The notes: a model not told the origin generated them from the letters alone. A stretch of DNA of 64,000 nt from Candidatus Eiseniibacteriota bacterium (GCA_963823555.1 CAWGMA010000002.1:128001-192000), one strand, 5' to 3'; counted from the first letter of the stretch, positions 21,229 through 33,216 are shown. Numbers and translations are program-made.

Positions 21229-21687
21229 ATGGCCGAATTCACGATTCGCGTGGTCGAGTCCCAGCCGGTGATGAGTGTGCGCGCGCCGACGACGCTGGCC
21301 GAGCTGGGCACGGCGATTGCGGACCAGCTGAACGAGGTCGCCCAGTATCTCGATGAAGTGGGGGTCCGTGTCGTAGGGAAGCCGTTCACGCGTTATCACC
21401 ACGTGACGGAAGAAGTCATCGATCTCGAGGCCGGCTTGCCGGTCGCAGAAACATTCCGGGGTTCGGGCCGCGTGACAGGTGGTCTCCTTCCCGGGGGCGA
21501 GGTGGCGGTCGCGACGCATGAAGGTCCCTACGAGGGCCTCGTGGCCACCTCCCTGGCGCTCGCGGGGTGGATCGAGGCTCAAGGCCGGCGCCCCGCCGGT
21601 CCGCAGTGGGAGATCTACGCCATCGATGCCGGTGACGATCCTGATCCTGGAAGTTGGCGAACGGACATCGTGAGGCCTCTGGCTTGA
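21229..21687 (+). CDS. GyrI-like small-molecule-binding domain protein
   Basis: LPGGEVAVATHEGPYE, WEIY..D, W.TDI..P. Confidence 0.85.
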   Translation: MAEFTIRVVESQPVMSVRAPTTLAELGTAIADQLNEVAQYLDEVGVRVVGKPFTRYHHVTEEVIDLEAGLPVAETFRGSGRVTGGLLPGGEVAVATHEGPYEGLVATSLALAGWIEAQGRRPAGPQWEIYAIDAGDDPDPGSWRTDIVRPLA

Positions 21688-21711
21688 ATCCGGCCGGGGT
21701 GAGGAGGTGGC

Positions 21712-22258
21712 ATGCAGAAGGTCCTGCTCGGAGTTATCGGTGTCATCATCGCGGTGGTGTTGATCGGAGTGATCGTGCTCCTGGTCCTTGGCAGGAGGGA
21801 TGACGCGGGGCGCAACACGGCAGCGATCCAGATCGACCGGCCTCCTGCCCAGGTATTCCCGTGGATCACCGAGCCCGATCGTCTGAAGCAGTGGATCGGC
21901 GGACTGGTCGAGTCGACCCCGCTCACCGATGACGGGCTCGAGGTCGGCGCCCGTTCCCGTGAAGTGATCGCCATGGGCAACGAGCGCTACGAGATGGAGA
22001 CGACGATCGTCGATCTCGAGCCGCCGGTGCGTCTGGTCGTGGAGATCGATAGCAGCGGATTCAAGGCGGATGCGCGCTACGATCTGGTCGAGAGCGGAGG
22101 GGGGGACCTTCTTCTCCTACGCTTGTATCTCGCGCTACGAGCACCCCATGGCCAAGCTCATGGAGCCCTTGGTGACGCGCGCTGCCCAGAAGAAGATCGA
22201 GGGGGATCTGGCCAGACTCAAGGAGCTGGTCGAGTCGAGCCCCTGGGGTGGGTCGTAG
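21712..22258 (+). CDS. SRPBCC (START-like) protein with N-terminal TM; frameshift in the G7 run at 22099-22105
   Basis: IDRPPAQVFPW, KQW; removing one G continues into TFFSY...EGDLARLKELVES, a typical SRPBCC terminal helix. Confidence 0.8.
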
Positions 22259-22277
22259 CGAGAGCGGCTGGAACGGG

Positions 22278-22305
22278 CAAGGCCCCGAGTCCCCTCGGGG
22301 CCTTG
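22278..22305. terminator. Perfect hairpin between convergent genes
   Basis: CAAGGCCCCGAG-TCCC-CTCGGGGCCTTG. Confidence 0.75.
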
Positions 22306-22331
22306 TCGAATCCTCGGTCACGAATGCCCGC

Positions 22332-24542
<2,211 letters not shown>

Positions 24543-24681
24543 GAACCGTGTCCTCCGACGCGATGGGGTGAGACCAGGCAGGGATGCCCGGGGATCGGCT
24601 TCGAGTCCGCGGGCGGCGGCCGTGCGCGGATCCAGGGCTGAGACCAGCCCCGGAGTCCGTCTCACGGGACGCAAGGATCCG

Positions 24682-24710
24682 ATTCTTTATCGGCCCTCGA
24701 CGGCCGTCAA
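24682..24710 (-). promoter_or_regulatory. Putative sigma70 promoter for glnA
   Basis: Minus strand TTGACG-17nt-AAGAAT. Confidence 0.45.
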
Positions 24711-24856
24711 TGCGGAAAAAGGACGCCGGGCCCGGTCGAGGGTGAGCGGGCCGCGATTCGCATCCACCCGTGAGATTGAACGTGCGGGGCGAGGTGGTCC
24801 CGCCCGGCCACCCCGCCCCGCGGGTGCCTGGATGGCGGCCCGGCACCCAGGCACCG

Positions 24857-27472
24857 TCATGGTTCGATCCTGAGCGTCACGACTTCTGAATCGACAGGCA
24901 ACCCGCCCACCTGGGCGACGGCGATGTGAACCATCCCCGCTCCCGGCAGCGAGTAACCGTGCCGCCCACCGATCTTGATCGAGACGGTGAGCGAGGCACC
25001 GGAAGCGAGTGTCCGCGTCCGGCCGCCCGCGGCCGGCCTCCCCTCTCCGCCGCTCGAGCGTCCGGTCTCCGTCTCCTGCCATGAGCCGTCGATGATGCGG
25101 AGGCGGATCTGGCCCGAATCCAGCGTGAGCTTGGCGGGAATGGTGATGGGTGCGCCGGAGATGTTGGTGAGTGTGATCCTGAGCGTGATCGTCTCGCCCT
25201 TGGTCGCGTGGTCCCGATCGGCGGCGATCGTGGCGCGCAGGGTGGCGCTGGACGCACCCGGACCGCACAGCGCGGTAGATCCCGCGGCATGTGGTGCCCC
25301 CCATTCCGCTCGCGGCTCGTTTCCAGCCGCCGGGGGCGGTGCCGCCCCGCCCGGCTTGGGCGTGGTCGCAATCACTCCTCCACGGAAGCCAGAGCCGAGC
25401 GACGCCACCTGCGACTTCAGTCCACCCCAGGCGCCGCTCTTCCCGGCATGGCCCGGAGCCTCATCGCCCTCTCCGAAAACACCCTCGTAGCTCACGCCCT
25501 CCGGCATCTCGACGGGAACGACGACCGTGCGCGGTACGCCGCCGGCCACCTCGATCCGTTCCTCCACGGCCACGAAGGAGGTGTAGGGGCTCATCAGCCG
25601 ATGGGCGAGCGCGATGCGAGTCACCTCCTCGCGCAGCTCGGGCCTCTCCCCGCCATATTGCTGCGCCATGAGCGCCTCGATGCGGGTCCGAGCCCACACC
25701 GAGCCCAGGGCCTCGCTCCGCGCGTCGGTGCGGGCCGGAAGATCGACGGTGAAGTTCCGCGCCCACGGCTTTCCCCCGAGCTTGCCGCGGAGGGTCACGA
25801 CCGCCTGGCCCGGTGCCGTGTAGCGGCCGACCAGCATCACTGCCTGACCGGCGAAGAGGTCGGGAATACGCTCGGGATAGACATCGGCGAGGGCGAGTTC
25901 ACCATCGCCGGTGAACTCGAGGTCGGTGAGCACCGGGTTCTTGACCCGGTCATAGAAGCGAGCCACGGCGCGGTGCGTGTCCTCGCCGAGGAGAACGTAG
26001 TCGACGCTGCCTCGCCCGATCTCGGCCATGCGATCGAGGAGGTAGCGGTTGACGGCGTTGCCGATGCCGAAGGCGAACAGCCGCGAGCCCCCGAGGCGCA
26101 TCTCGATGGCGGCCAGGATCTCGGCCTCGTTGCCGATGTAGCCGTCGGTCATGAACGAGACGATGCGGAGCCGTTCCGGGTCCGGCGGGAAGTCGAGCGC
26201 GGCCTTGATGCCCTCGATCATCATGGTGCCGCCCCCCCCGTTCAGCTGATCGATGAAGCGCAGGCCCTCCTTGAGGTTGTCGGGGGTCGCAGGGAGCGGG
26301 CGGGGGCCGAGGCCGCTCGCGCTCTCGGAGAAGCGGATGATCTGGAAGGAATCGCGCGGGTCGAGGTTCTTGAGCGCGTGCCGCATCGCCTGCTTGACCT
26401 TGGCGATGGGTTCTCCGGACATCGAGCCCGAGCAGTCGACGACGAAGACCATCTCCTTGGGCATGATGTCGGCTGCGCCGGGCCGGGCGGGAGGCACGAT
26501 CAGGGCGAGGAAGGTGCCGTCGCCGTCCTGGCGGTGGGTAAGGACGGCGATCTCCGGCTCCGCGCCGCTCAGCCGATAGCGGACGACGAGGTCCTTGTTG
26601 GGAATGGTGTCGGCCGGATGCAGGGTGATGACGGCGTGCTCCGGTCGCTTGCGCTCGATGTCGATGGCATGCGAGGGGCTCTCGAGCTCGCGAATGGGGA
26701 GCCCGGCCTCGATCGCGAGAGTGACCGCGATGTCGTGTCCCGAGCGCTCCTCGGGGCGCAGCACGGGCGGTGTGATCCGCGAGGCGTCGGGCACCTGATC
26801 GGTGTCGGGCGCCCAGCCGGGGCCGGAGACCGGCGCGATGAGTGGCATCGGGCGCTGCGCTGCGAGCGGCGGCCCCACGGGAGTTCCCGGGATGAAGCGC
26901 GGGCCCACAACCATCGGGAACACGAAGCGGTAGGCGCCCTCGTTCGGGACGAGCGTCTCCACATAGCGGATCGTGACCTCGATCTTGTTCCCCGGCAGGA
27001 TATTGGCGACCGACTGCGTGAAGATGTTGGGCCGCTCCTGGTCGAGGAGGCTGGCGACATGACCGCGGGTCCTGGCTTCCTCGTACATCCGGCGCGCCTC
27101 CTCCCGGCGCTCGATGCGACCGTGGATGGTGCGCGTGCCGACCTTCATCTCCATGTCGTCGACGGCGGCGCGATCGGGCAGGGGAAAGATGTAGATCGCC
27201 TCGATCTTGTCGGGGTATGGGTTGTCGTAGATCTGCGTCACGCGGACCCGGGCCACGATACCGTCGATGCGGGCGTCGACCGCCGTATGGGCGAGAGGGA
27301 ACCTCTGCCCGGCGCGGTCCCCGGTGCGGACGCAGAGCTCGCCCTGGCCGGGGTCGGAGGGATTCGCCGTGGTCGTGGTGGCCGCGGCCGGGATTGCCGA
27401 CGCGGCCAGGAGGACGAGAAGGATCCGGGTCGCGGTCCGGGCGGGCCGCTGCCGGTGATGGTGAGTGATCAT
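24857..27472 (-). CDS. Secreted VIT + vWA domain protein
   Basis: Signal peptide; VIT (IEAIYIFPLP, LLDQERPNIF); vWA MIDAS VDCSGSM...GGT...TDG; LMSPYTSFVAV. Confidence 0.92.
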   Translation of the reverse strand: MITHHHRQRPARTATRILLVLLAASAIPAAATTTTANPSDPGQGELCVRTGDRAGQRFPLAHTAVDARIDGIVARVRVTQIYDNPYPDKIEAIYIFPLPDRAAVDDMEMKVGTRTIHGRIERREEARRMYEEARTRGHVASLLDQERPNIFTQSVANILPGNKIEVTIRYVETLVPNEGAYRFVFPMVVGPRFIPGTPVGPPLAAQRPMPLIAPVSGPGWAPDTDQVPDASRITPPVLRPEERSGHDIAVTLAIEAGLPIRELESPSHAIDIERKRPEHAVITLHPADTIPNKDLVVRYRLSGAEPEIAVLTHRQDGDGTFLALIVPPARPGAADIMPKEMVFVVDCSGSMSGEPIAKVKQAMRHALKNLDPRDSFQIIRFSESASGLGPRPLPATPDNLKEGLRFIDQLNGGGGTMMIEGIKAALDFPPDPERLRIVSFMTDGYIGNEAEILAAIEMRLGGSRLFAFGIGNAVNRYLLDRMAEIGRGSVDYVLLGEDTHRAVARFYDRVKNPVLTDLEFTGDGELALADVYPERIPDLFAGQAVMLVGRYTAPGQAVVTLRGKLGGKPWARNFTVDLPARTDARSEALGSVWARTRIEALMAQQYGGERPELREEVTRIALAHRLMSPYTSFVAVEERIEVAGGVPRTVVVPVEMPEGVSYEGVFGEGDEAPGHAGKSGAWGGLKSQVASLGSGFRGGVIATTPKPGGAAPPPAAGNEPRAEWGAPHAAGSTALCGPGASSATLRATIAADRDHATKGETITLRITLTNISGAPITIPAKLTLDSGQIRLRIIDGSWQETETGRSSGGEGRPAAGGRTRTLASGASLTVSIKIGGRHGYSLPGAGMVHIAVAQVGGLPVDSEVVTLRIEP

Positions 27473-27686
27473 GGCTCCACCTCGCTTGCGGAGAAGGTTG
27501 GGAATCTCCGAATCCGATCGTTCACCCTTCCCTTACGCGGTGGGCCGGCGCGTATTCCAGCTCCGGCTGGCCGGAAGCTGGCTGTGCGTAGTCGATTGTG
27601 TGACAACGATATAGAGCCCAACGCCCGACCCCGGCACGCCGCCGCAGCGAGATGCTAAGCTAGAGCTCTTCCTTGAACCCGAGGTC

Positions 27687-29702
27687 TTGCCCTTGCACCC
27701 ACTGCGATCCCTGATCATTCCGCTCCTGGTCGCCAGCCTCTCGCTCGCGGTGACAACCGGGGCTGCCCCGCCCCCCGAACCCGGGCCGGCGCTCGACGCC
27801 CCGCCCGGCGGCTTCTTCCGTCTCGCCTACTGCGGCAGCGGGCGGCGCGGGGATCCCGAGAGCCAGCTCAATGCCTTCGACTGGAGCGAGGCCGCGCGCG
27901 CGTTCGACCTCACGATCGTGCAGAGCACGGGCGGGGACTACCGGGACTTCGTGCAGAGCCTGGTTCGCCGGAACCCCGCGCACCGGGTGGTCTTCTATGT
28001 GCATGCCCACGGGCTCTATGCCTCGGATGACCGCGCCGGTCTCCTCAACCTCAGCGAGTCGAACTACGTGCACGCCACCGATCCCGCCTCGTTGCGCGTC
28101 ATCCCGACAGCCGAGGGGCTCCTCGTCGACTGGGAGCGCGACGAGCGGCAGTTCTACGACGAGTACGATCTGATCAGCGAGCTCCGCGAGTTCGGCGTCT
28201 TCGGCTATGTCGTGTACCGGGCGGTCGGCGATGGTGAATTCACGCGGGTCTGGCCCGAGCCGATCGCGGAGGACGACAGCACCGCCACGCTGCCGCCGGT
28301 CGCGATCACGCAGTATCTCGATCGCGATGTCGAGGGCGGGCAGCGCTATCGATATGTGGTGCAGACCGTGGGGCCCGTCTACCAGGAGTACCCGTTTTCC
28401 TGGCCGGTTGCGGCGGTGGCCGGATCGCCGCAACCAGTCCCCTTCGTTCACGAGCATCAGTCCGTGATCGAAGCCACTCCGGGCGCGAGCATGTATACGG
28501 GTCGTTTCCGCATCCGCGTGGAGACGCCGGAGACCAGGGCCAGGCTCCTGATCGACCGCAATGCCGATGGCGATTTCACCGACGCCGGCGAGCAAGTCGC
28601 CATGGATCCGGCACCCGAGGACTTTGTCGAGGCCGTCGTCCAACTCGACCCGCGGGCCCGGACCGATCGGGATTCGAACGCCGTTCTCGGCTTCGCCTAC
28701 CGGCTCGAGTTCGAGGCCGGCGGTGCGCGGTTGGTCCTGCCCGAACAGGGCGCCTACACGACGAGCATCAACAACCGCGTGCGCTCCTCGACCTATGGCT
28801 TCTACGTCATGCGCATGGGGACTCAGACCTGGATCGATCATCTCCTCAGGGCGCTCGACCTGGGGGCGCGGCGCGACGGTCTCGTGAGTGGAGTCTTCCT
28901 CGACGAGCTGGTGTTCAATCCGGCGATCGGAGTGGATGCCGTTCCGATCGACTGGTCGGGCGATGACGTCATGCAGGGAGCGACCGCGATCGTCCGGGCC
29001 ATCCGTCGCGAGCGATCGGAGCTCGCGATCTACATGAACGGGCTGCAGAGCCTCGTGTTCGACGCCTCGATCGAGCTCACCCCGCAGTCGGTCGCCGCCA
29101 TGGATAGCCTGGCAGCGGCCGGCATATCCGGAGGCATGATCGAGGGCTTCGCCGCCGCGCCGTGGCATGCCGCGCCCGGTGGATTGCCGTGGGTGGCGAC
29201 GCCTCGCGACTGGCAGGCGCAGCAGGTGATCGCGGAGACGGCACACGAGAAGGGGCTCGGGCTCCTCCTCCTGGCGCGCGCCCCATCGCGAGAGGACGCC
29301 CGGGTCCGGCTCTTCGCCTTCGCCTCGCATCTTCTTGTTCGCGGTCCGGGAGTCGAGTTCGGCTTCATGGTGGACCGCTGCCTGGCCTCCCCGCTCGCCG
29401 AGTGGGGAGTCGATCTCGGCGCGCCGCTCGAGCCGGCAAGGGCGAGCGGGGATCTCGCGCACGGACGTCGTTTCGAGCGCGGCGAGGTCTGGGTGAACCC
29501 ACACCCGGGCGACTCCGCCCGTGTCCGGGTCGGTGATGCGCGGCAACGTCTGGTCTTGACGGCCAGCGAGGAAGGACCCGGGAGCGTTACCTGGGAGCCG
29601 GTATCGGGCTCGATCACGCTCGAGCCCCAATCGGCGGCCATCCTGATGCGCGCCGATGCCGTCACCGAACCCGGATCGCAAACGCAGGGAGCTCAACCAT
29701 GA
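27687..29702 (+). CDS. Secreted putative glycoside-hydrolase-like (GHL15-like) protein with an inserted FN3/Ig-like region
   Basis: Signal peptide; GVFLDE, MNGL, GGMIEGF, DLGAP, RRFERGEVWVNP; FN3-like GYVVYR...YLDRDV...YRYVV. Confidence 0.6.
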   Translation: MPLHPLRSLIIPLLVASLSLAVTTGAAPPPEPGPALDAPPGGFFRLAYCGSGRRGDPESQLNAFDWSEAARAFDLTIVQSTGGDYRDFVQSLVRRNPAHRVVFYVHAHGLYASDDRAGLLNLSESNYVHATDPASLRVIPTAEGLLVDWERDERQFYDEYDLISELREFGVFGYVVYRAVGDGEFTRVWPEPIAEDDSTATLPPVAITQYLDRDVEGGQRYRYVVQTVGPVYQEYPFSWPVAAVAGSPQPVPFVHEHQSVIEATPGASMYTGRFRIRVETPETRARLLIDRNADGDFTDAGEQVAMDPAPEDFVEAVVQLDPRARTDRDSNAVLGFAYRLEFEAGGARLVLPEQGAYTTSINNRVRSSTYGFYVMRMGTQTWIDHLLRALDLGARRDGLVSGVFLDELVFNPAIGVDAVPIDWSGDDVMQGATAIVRAIRRERSELAIYMNGLQSLVFDASIELTPQSVAAMDSLAAAGISGGMIEGFAAAPWHAAPGGLPWVATPRDWQAQQVIAETAHEKGLGLLLLARAPSREDARVRLFAFASHLLVRGPGVEFGFMVDRCLASPLAEWGVDLGAPLEPARASGDLAHGRRFERGEVWVNPHPGDSARVRVGDARQRLVLTASEEGPGSVTWEPVSGSITLEPQSAAILMRADAVTEPGSQTQGAQP

Positions 29703-30601
29703 AGGTGGCATCCGACTCGGTGATCGAGCTCGACTTCGCCGCGCACCTCCTCCCCGAGGACGAGGAAGTGGCCAGCACCCGCGAGCGTGGCGCTCTCCTC
29801 ATTTGCCTGGGGCGGTTCGAGCTCGCTCCGGGAGTCGAGCGCGCCCTGTTAGGCATGAGTGCTGGCGAGGAGAAGACGGTGGAGATCGGGCCCGAGGAGG
29901 GGTATGGACCGATCCGGCCCGAGAACATCCACCGCCGCCGGCGCAGCGACTTTCCGCCCGATGTCGTGCTCGAGCCGGGCATGCGCTTCGCGGCGCGCCT
30001 CAAGGACTCGGAGGGGAGGGTTGAGTTCGGCGTACGCGAGGTGAGCGGGGACGATGTGGTGATCGATTTCAATCATCCGTTCGCTGGCCGGCGGTTGAGG
30101 TATTCGTTGCTGGTGCGTAGCGTGCGCCAGCCAACGGCCGAGGAACGAGAAGAGACGCGACAGATCGCGGCGAGGAGGACGGCAGCGGTGCAGGAAGCTG
30201 AAAAGGAATCGAAGACGCCGCCCGCGGCGCCCGCGCCGCCAGCCCCGGCGGCGGCCCCGGCGGCGGCCCCGGCGGCGGAGGTCTCGGTCGAGGATGTGAT
30301 GCGCCTCGGGCTCCGCGTGGCCAGGATCCGCGAGGCATCCCGGGTGGAGGGAGCGGATCGCCTCCTGCGCCTGAGTGTCGATATCGGAACGGAGACGCGG
30401 ACCATTGTCGCCGGCATCGCCGCCAAGTACGCTCCCGAGAGTCTTGTCGGTCGCTCGATCATCCTCGTGGCCAACCTGAAGCCAGCCCGGATCCGCGGCG
30501 TCGAGTCGCGGGGCATGCTCTTGGCCGCGGTCGGCGAGGACGGCCTCCCGATCATCGCCACCTTCGACGAGGCGGTCCCGGCCGGGGCGCCGGTCCGCTG
30601 A
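29699..30601 (+). CDS. Fusion of SlyD-like FKBP domain and MetG-C/Trbp111/CsaA tRNA-binding OB-fold domain
   Basis: N-terminal GEEKTV.I.PEEGYG, DFNHPFAG; Ala-Pro linker; C-terminal GADRLL, RTIVAGIA, NLKPARIRGVESRGMLLA. Confidence 0.88.
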   Translation: MKVASDSVIELDFAAHLLPEDEEVASTRERGALLICLGRFELAPGVERALLGMSAGEEKTVEIGPEEGYGPIRPENIHRRRRSDFPPDVVLEPGMRFAARLKDSEGRVEFGVREVSGDDVVIDFNHPFAGRRLRYSLLVRSVRQPTAEEREETRQIAARRTAAVQEAEKESKTPPAAPAPPAPAAAPAAAPAAEVSVEDVMRLGLRVARIREASRVEGADRLLRLSVDIGTETRTIVAGIAAKYAPESLVGRSIILVANLKPARIRGVESRGMLLAAVGEDGLPIIATFDEAVPAGAPVR

Positions 30602-30623
30602 GCCCGATCCTGGGGAGATCACC

Positions 30624-31016
30624 TTGGACCACTCGCCCGGTTTTCTTGCGCTGGTCAATGCGGCGCGGCGCGGCGTCCGCGAGACGGATGTCCCTTCCAT
30701 CAAGAAGCAACTTGATGATGGTCATCGCTTCATTCTCATCGACATCCGGGAAGAGAGCGAATGGAGCAGCGGCCACCTTCCAGGGGCGATTCATCTCGGG
30801 AAGGGCATCATCGAGCGTGACATCGAACGGCTCATCCCCGACAAGGAAGCGTCCATCGTGCTCTACTGCGGCGGCGGGTTCCGTTCCGTGCTGACTGCCG
30901 AGAGCTTGCAGAAGATGGGCTACGCCCATGTCCTCTCCATGGATGGTGGGTGGCGGGAATGGGTCGAGAGGGGCTACCCGACGGCGAACGACCAGTCGGG
31001 GTCTCACCCCGGGTAG
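30624..31016 (+). CDS. Rhodanese-like sulfurtransferase
   Basis: IDIREESEW..GHLPGA, LYCGGGFRS, SMDGG. Confidence 0.9.
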   Translation: MDHSPGFLALVNAARRGVRETDVPSIKKQLDDGHRFILIDIREESEWSSGHLPGAIHLGKGIIERDIERLIPDKEASIVLYCGGGFRSVLTAESLQKMGYAHVLSMDGGWREWVERGYPTANDQSGSHPG

Positions 31017-31018
31017 CG

Positions 31019-31083
31019 TTGGCAAGATCGACATGGTTGGTTATCATCCCATCGATGCGTGCCGTCAAGTCGATGCATCGACT
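31019..31083 (+). promoter_or_regulatory. Putative sigma70 promoter plus 16-bp palindrome
   Basis: TTGGCA-17nt-TATCAT, then AGTCGATGCATCGACT at 31068-31083. Confidence 0.5.
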
Positions 31084-31126
31084 GGCGAGGAACTCAATAC
31101 CCATACCAGAGCATTGAGGAGATGTC

Positions 31127-31504
31127 ATGGCACTCAAGGAGAAGTATCAAGACGTGTTGACCCTCGGTGAGCAGCTCCAGGTGAAGGCTGGTGACTGGAA
31201 GGAAGAGGGTGGCAAGCTCAAGATGAAGGGGACGACCACCCACCAGCTGCAGAAGGACCTGATCTGGGACCAGATCAAGAAGCACGCGGGCTGGGAGCAG
31301 GAGATCGAGGCCGACATCAAGATCGAGTCGAGCGATATCTACGGCGTGTGGGAGGTCAAGCCCGGTGATTCGCTGTCGAAGATCGCGAAGGTCGTCTACG
31401 ATGACGGCGCGAAGTACATGAAGATCTTCGAGGCCAACCGGAACATCCTCAAGGATCCCAACCTCATTCAACCGGGCCAGAAGCTGACGATCCCGAACCC
31501 CTAG
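31127..31504 (+). CDS. Small LysM-domain protein (Kbp/YgaU-like)
   Basis: VKPGDSLSKIAK, IFEANR, DPNLIQPGQKL.IP; RBS GAGGAG. Confidence 0.9.
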   Translation: MALKEKYQDVLTLGEQLQVKAGDWKEEGGKLKMKGTTTHQLQKDLIWDQIKKHAGWEQEIEADIKIESSDIYGVWEVKPGDSLSKIAKVVYDDGAKYMKIFEANRNILKDPNLIQPGQKLTIPNP

Positions 31505-31573
31505 GCGGCTCGGGTCCGGGACCTTCCCCCGCGACGACCTCGAGCTGTCCGACCGACTCGAAGAGCAAGACCG

Positions 31574-31608
31574 GGCCCGGACCCCGGCGATCGGCCGGAG
31601 TCCGGGCC
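31574..31608 (+). terminator. Hairpin downstream of the LysM gene
   Basis: GGCCCGGACCCCGGC / GCCGGAGTCCGGGCC, 1 mismatch. Confidence 0.6.
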
Positions 31609-31709
31609 TTGCCGTCTCCCAGGTCAAGGCGGCATGCGCCGCGACGGGTGCTACAATGAACGGGTCAGTCCCGGTTCGCCAGCTGGCTTCGCCCCGGGAG
31701 GGCACCTCC

Positions 31710-33200
31710 ATGCGACCCCTGCCTTGGTCTGCCATGCCCCCGTTCCTTGTCCTCTTCGTCTCTCTCCTCGCTGTAGCTTCCGCTCCCGCCAACACCATCC
31801 ATGTACCCGGCGACGCGCCGACGATCCAGGCCGGAATCGATCTCGCCGTGACGGGGGACGTCGTGCTCGTGGCCCCCGGGACCTACACGGGTACCGGCAA
31901 CAAGAACCTGGATTTCCGCGGCAGGGATATCGAGGTCCGCTCGGACGGCGGCGCCGATGTCACCATCATCGACTGCGAGGGATCGGGCCGCGGCTTCTTC
32001 CTTCTTGCGCCGCTGACGCCGGCGGCCGCGGTCGACGGCTTCACGATCCGCCATGGGGATATCGGCTCGGCGGAGGGTGGCGGAGGGATGATCCTCCTCG
32101 GCGCTTCGCCGACGATTTCGAACTGCGTGTTCCTCCTCAACACCGCGCTCGGCGATTTCGGCAACGGGGGTGGCGGCGGCGTCGCCTGCTATAACGCCGC
32201 TCCTGCCTTCATCGGTTGCGCCTTCCGCCAGAATGCCGTGGTCGGTGTCGGTGCTCCGGGCGGTGGGCTGGCCGCGCATGAGTCTGTCGTCACGCTGACC
32301 GACTGCGCCTTCGAGGACAATTCGGCGGCCGGCCACGGGGCGATCGGGGGCGCGGTGTCCATCGACTTCAATGTTGAAGATCGGGGCTCCACGCACCCCA
32401 TGCTATCGATGATTCAAGATTGCCGGTTCAGAGGAAACGGCGCGTATGACGCCGGGGGTCTCTTCGCCATCGACGCGAGCATTGCCCACTGCGAATTCTC
32501 GGCGAACCAGGCCGTCAACAGCGGTGGCGGAGGCTCTCTCATCCTCTCGACGGTGAACGCATGCACGTTCACGGACAATCGTGCCGGCAACGCGGGTGGC
32601 GGGTTGCAGGTCTCCGGTTGTGAGGTCTCGCGTTCCACCTTCACCGGCAACCAGGCATTGCAGGGCGGAGGATTCTGGACATCGCTCGATCCGTCGCCAC
32701 TGACCTATTGCGTCTTCACCGGGAATCAGGCCGAGATCGGAGGCGCCTACTTCGGCCGTTTCCCGGGTCCGATCCAGAACTGCACCTTCACCGGCGACAC
32801 GGCCCCTGATGGCAGCGAGATCCACGTCCGGGCCCCGGCCGGCTACTCCTGGACCATCGACAACTCGATCGTGGCCTTCGGGAGGGGTGGCGCCGGAGTC
32901 ACCTGCCTCGGCATCACGCAGCTGGTTGCGAGCTGCTGCGACATCTTCGGCAACGAAGGGGGAGACTGGGTGGGCTGTCTCGCGGGGCAGCTCGGCCAGG
33001 ACGGCAACATCGCGGAGGATCCTCTCTTCTGCGACCGTCAGGCTGCGGATTTCTCCCTCTGTGCCGATTCCCCCTGCGCTCCCGGGCAGAGCGGGGCCTG
33101 CGGCCTGGTGGGGGCGCTGCCGGAGGGGTGCGCGGCCTGTGGCGCCACGGCGGTCGAGCCCACCACCTGGGGGCGGATCAAGGCCGGCGCGGGCCGCTGA
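31710..33200 (+). CDS. Secreted right-handed beta-helix (Pmp-like GGG/FxxN repeat) protein with TWGRIK tail
   Basis: TIHVPGDAPTIQAGI, VAPGTY, repeated CxFxxN.A..GGG, GNIAEDPLFC, SPC, ends VEPTTWGRIKAGAGR. Confidence 0.88.
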   Translation: MRPLPWSAMPPFLVLFVSLLAVASAPANTIHVPGDAPTIQAGIDLAVTGDVVLVAPGTYTGTGNKNLDFRGRDIEVRSDGGADVTIIDCEGSGRGFFLLAPLTPAAAVDGFTIRHGDIGSAEGGGGMILLGASPTISNCVFLLNTALGDFGNGGGGGVACYNAAPAFIGCAFRQNAVVGVGAPGGGLAAHESVVTLTDCAFEDNSAAGHGAIGGAVSIDFNVEDRGSTHPMLSMIQDCRFRGNGAYDAGGLFAIDASIAHCEFSANQAVNSGGGGSLILSTVNACTFTDNRAGNAGGGLQVSGCEVSRSTFTGNQALQGGGFWTSLDPSPLTYCVFTGNQAEIGGAYFGRFPGPIQNCTFTGDTAPDGSEIHVRAPAGYSWTIDNSIVAFGRGGAGVTCLGITQLVASCCDIFGNEGGDWVGCLAGQLGQDGNIAEDPLFCDRQAADFSLCADSPCAPGQSGACGLVGALPEGCAACGATAVEPTTWGRIKAGAGR

Positions 33201-33216
33201 CCGGCGCCGGCGCGAT

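Noticed and set aside
22099..22105. G7 tract as a phase-variation switch
   Set aside because: The tract is short and many other indel errors exist in the window; more likely a homopolymer error
24543..24680. Glutamine or c-di-GMP riboswitch in the glnA leader
   Set aside because: Small hairpins only; GGGACGCAAG is on the wrong strand and lacks the rest of the consensus
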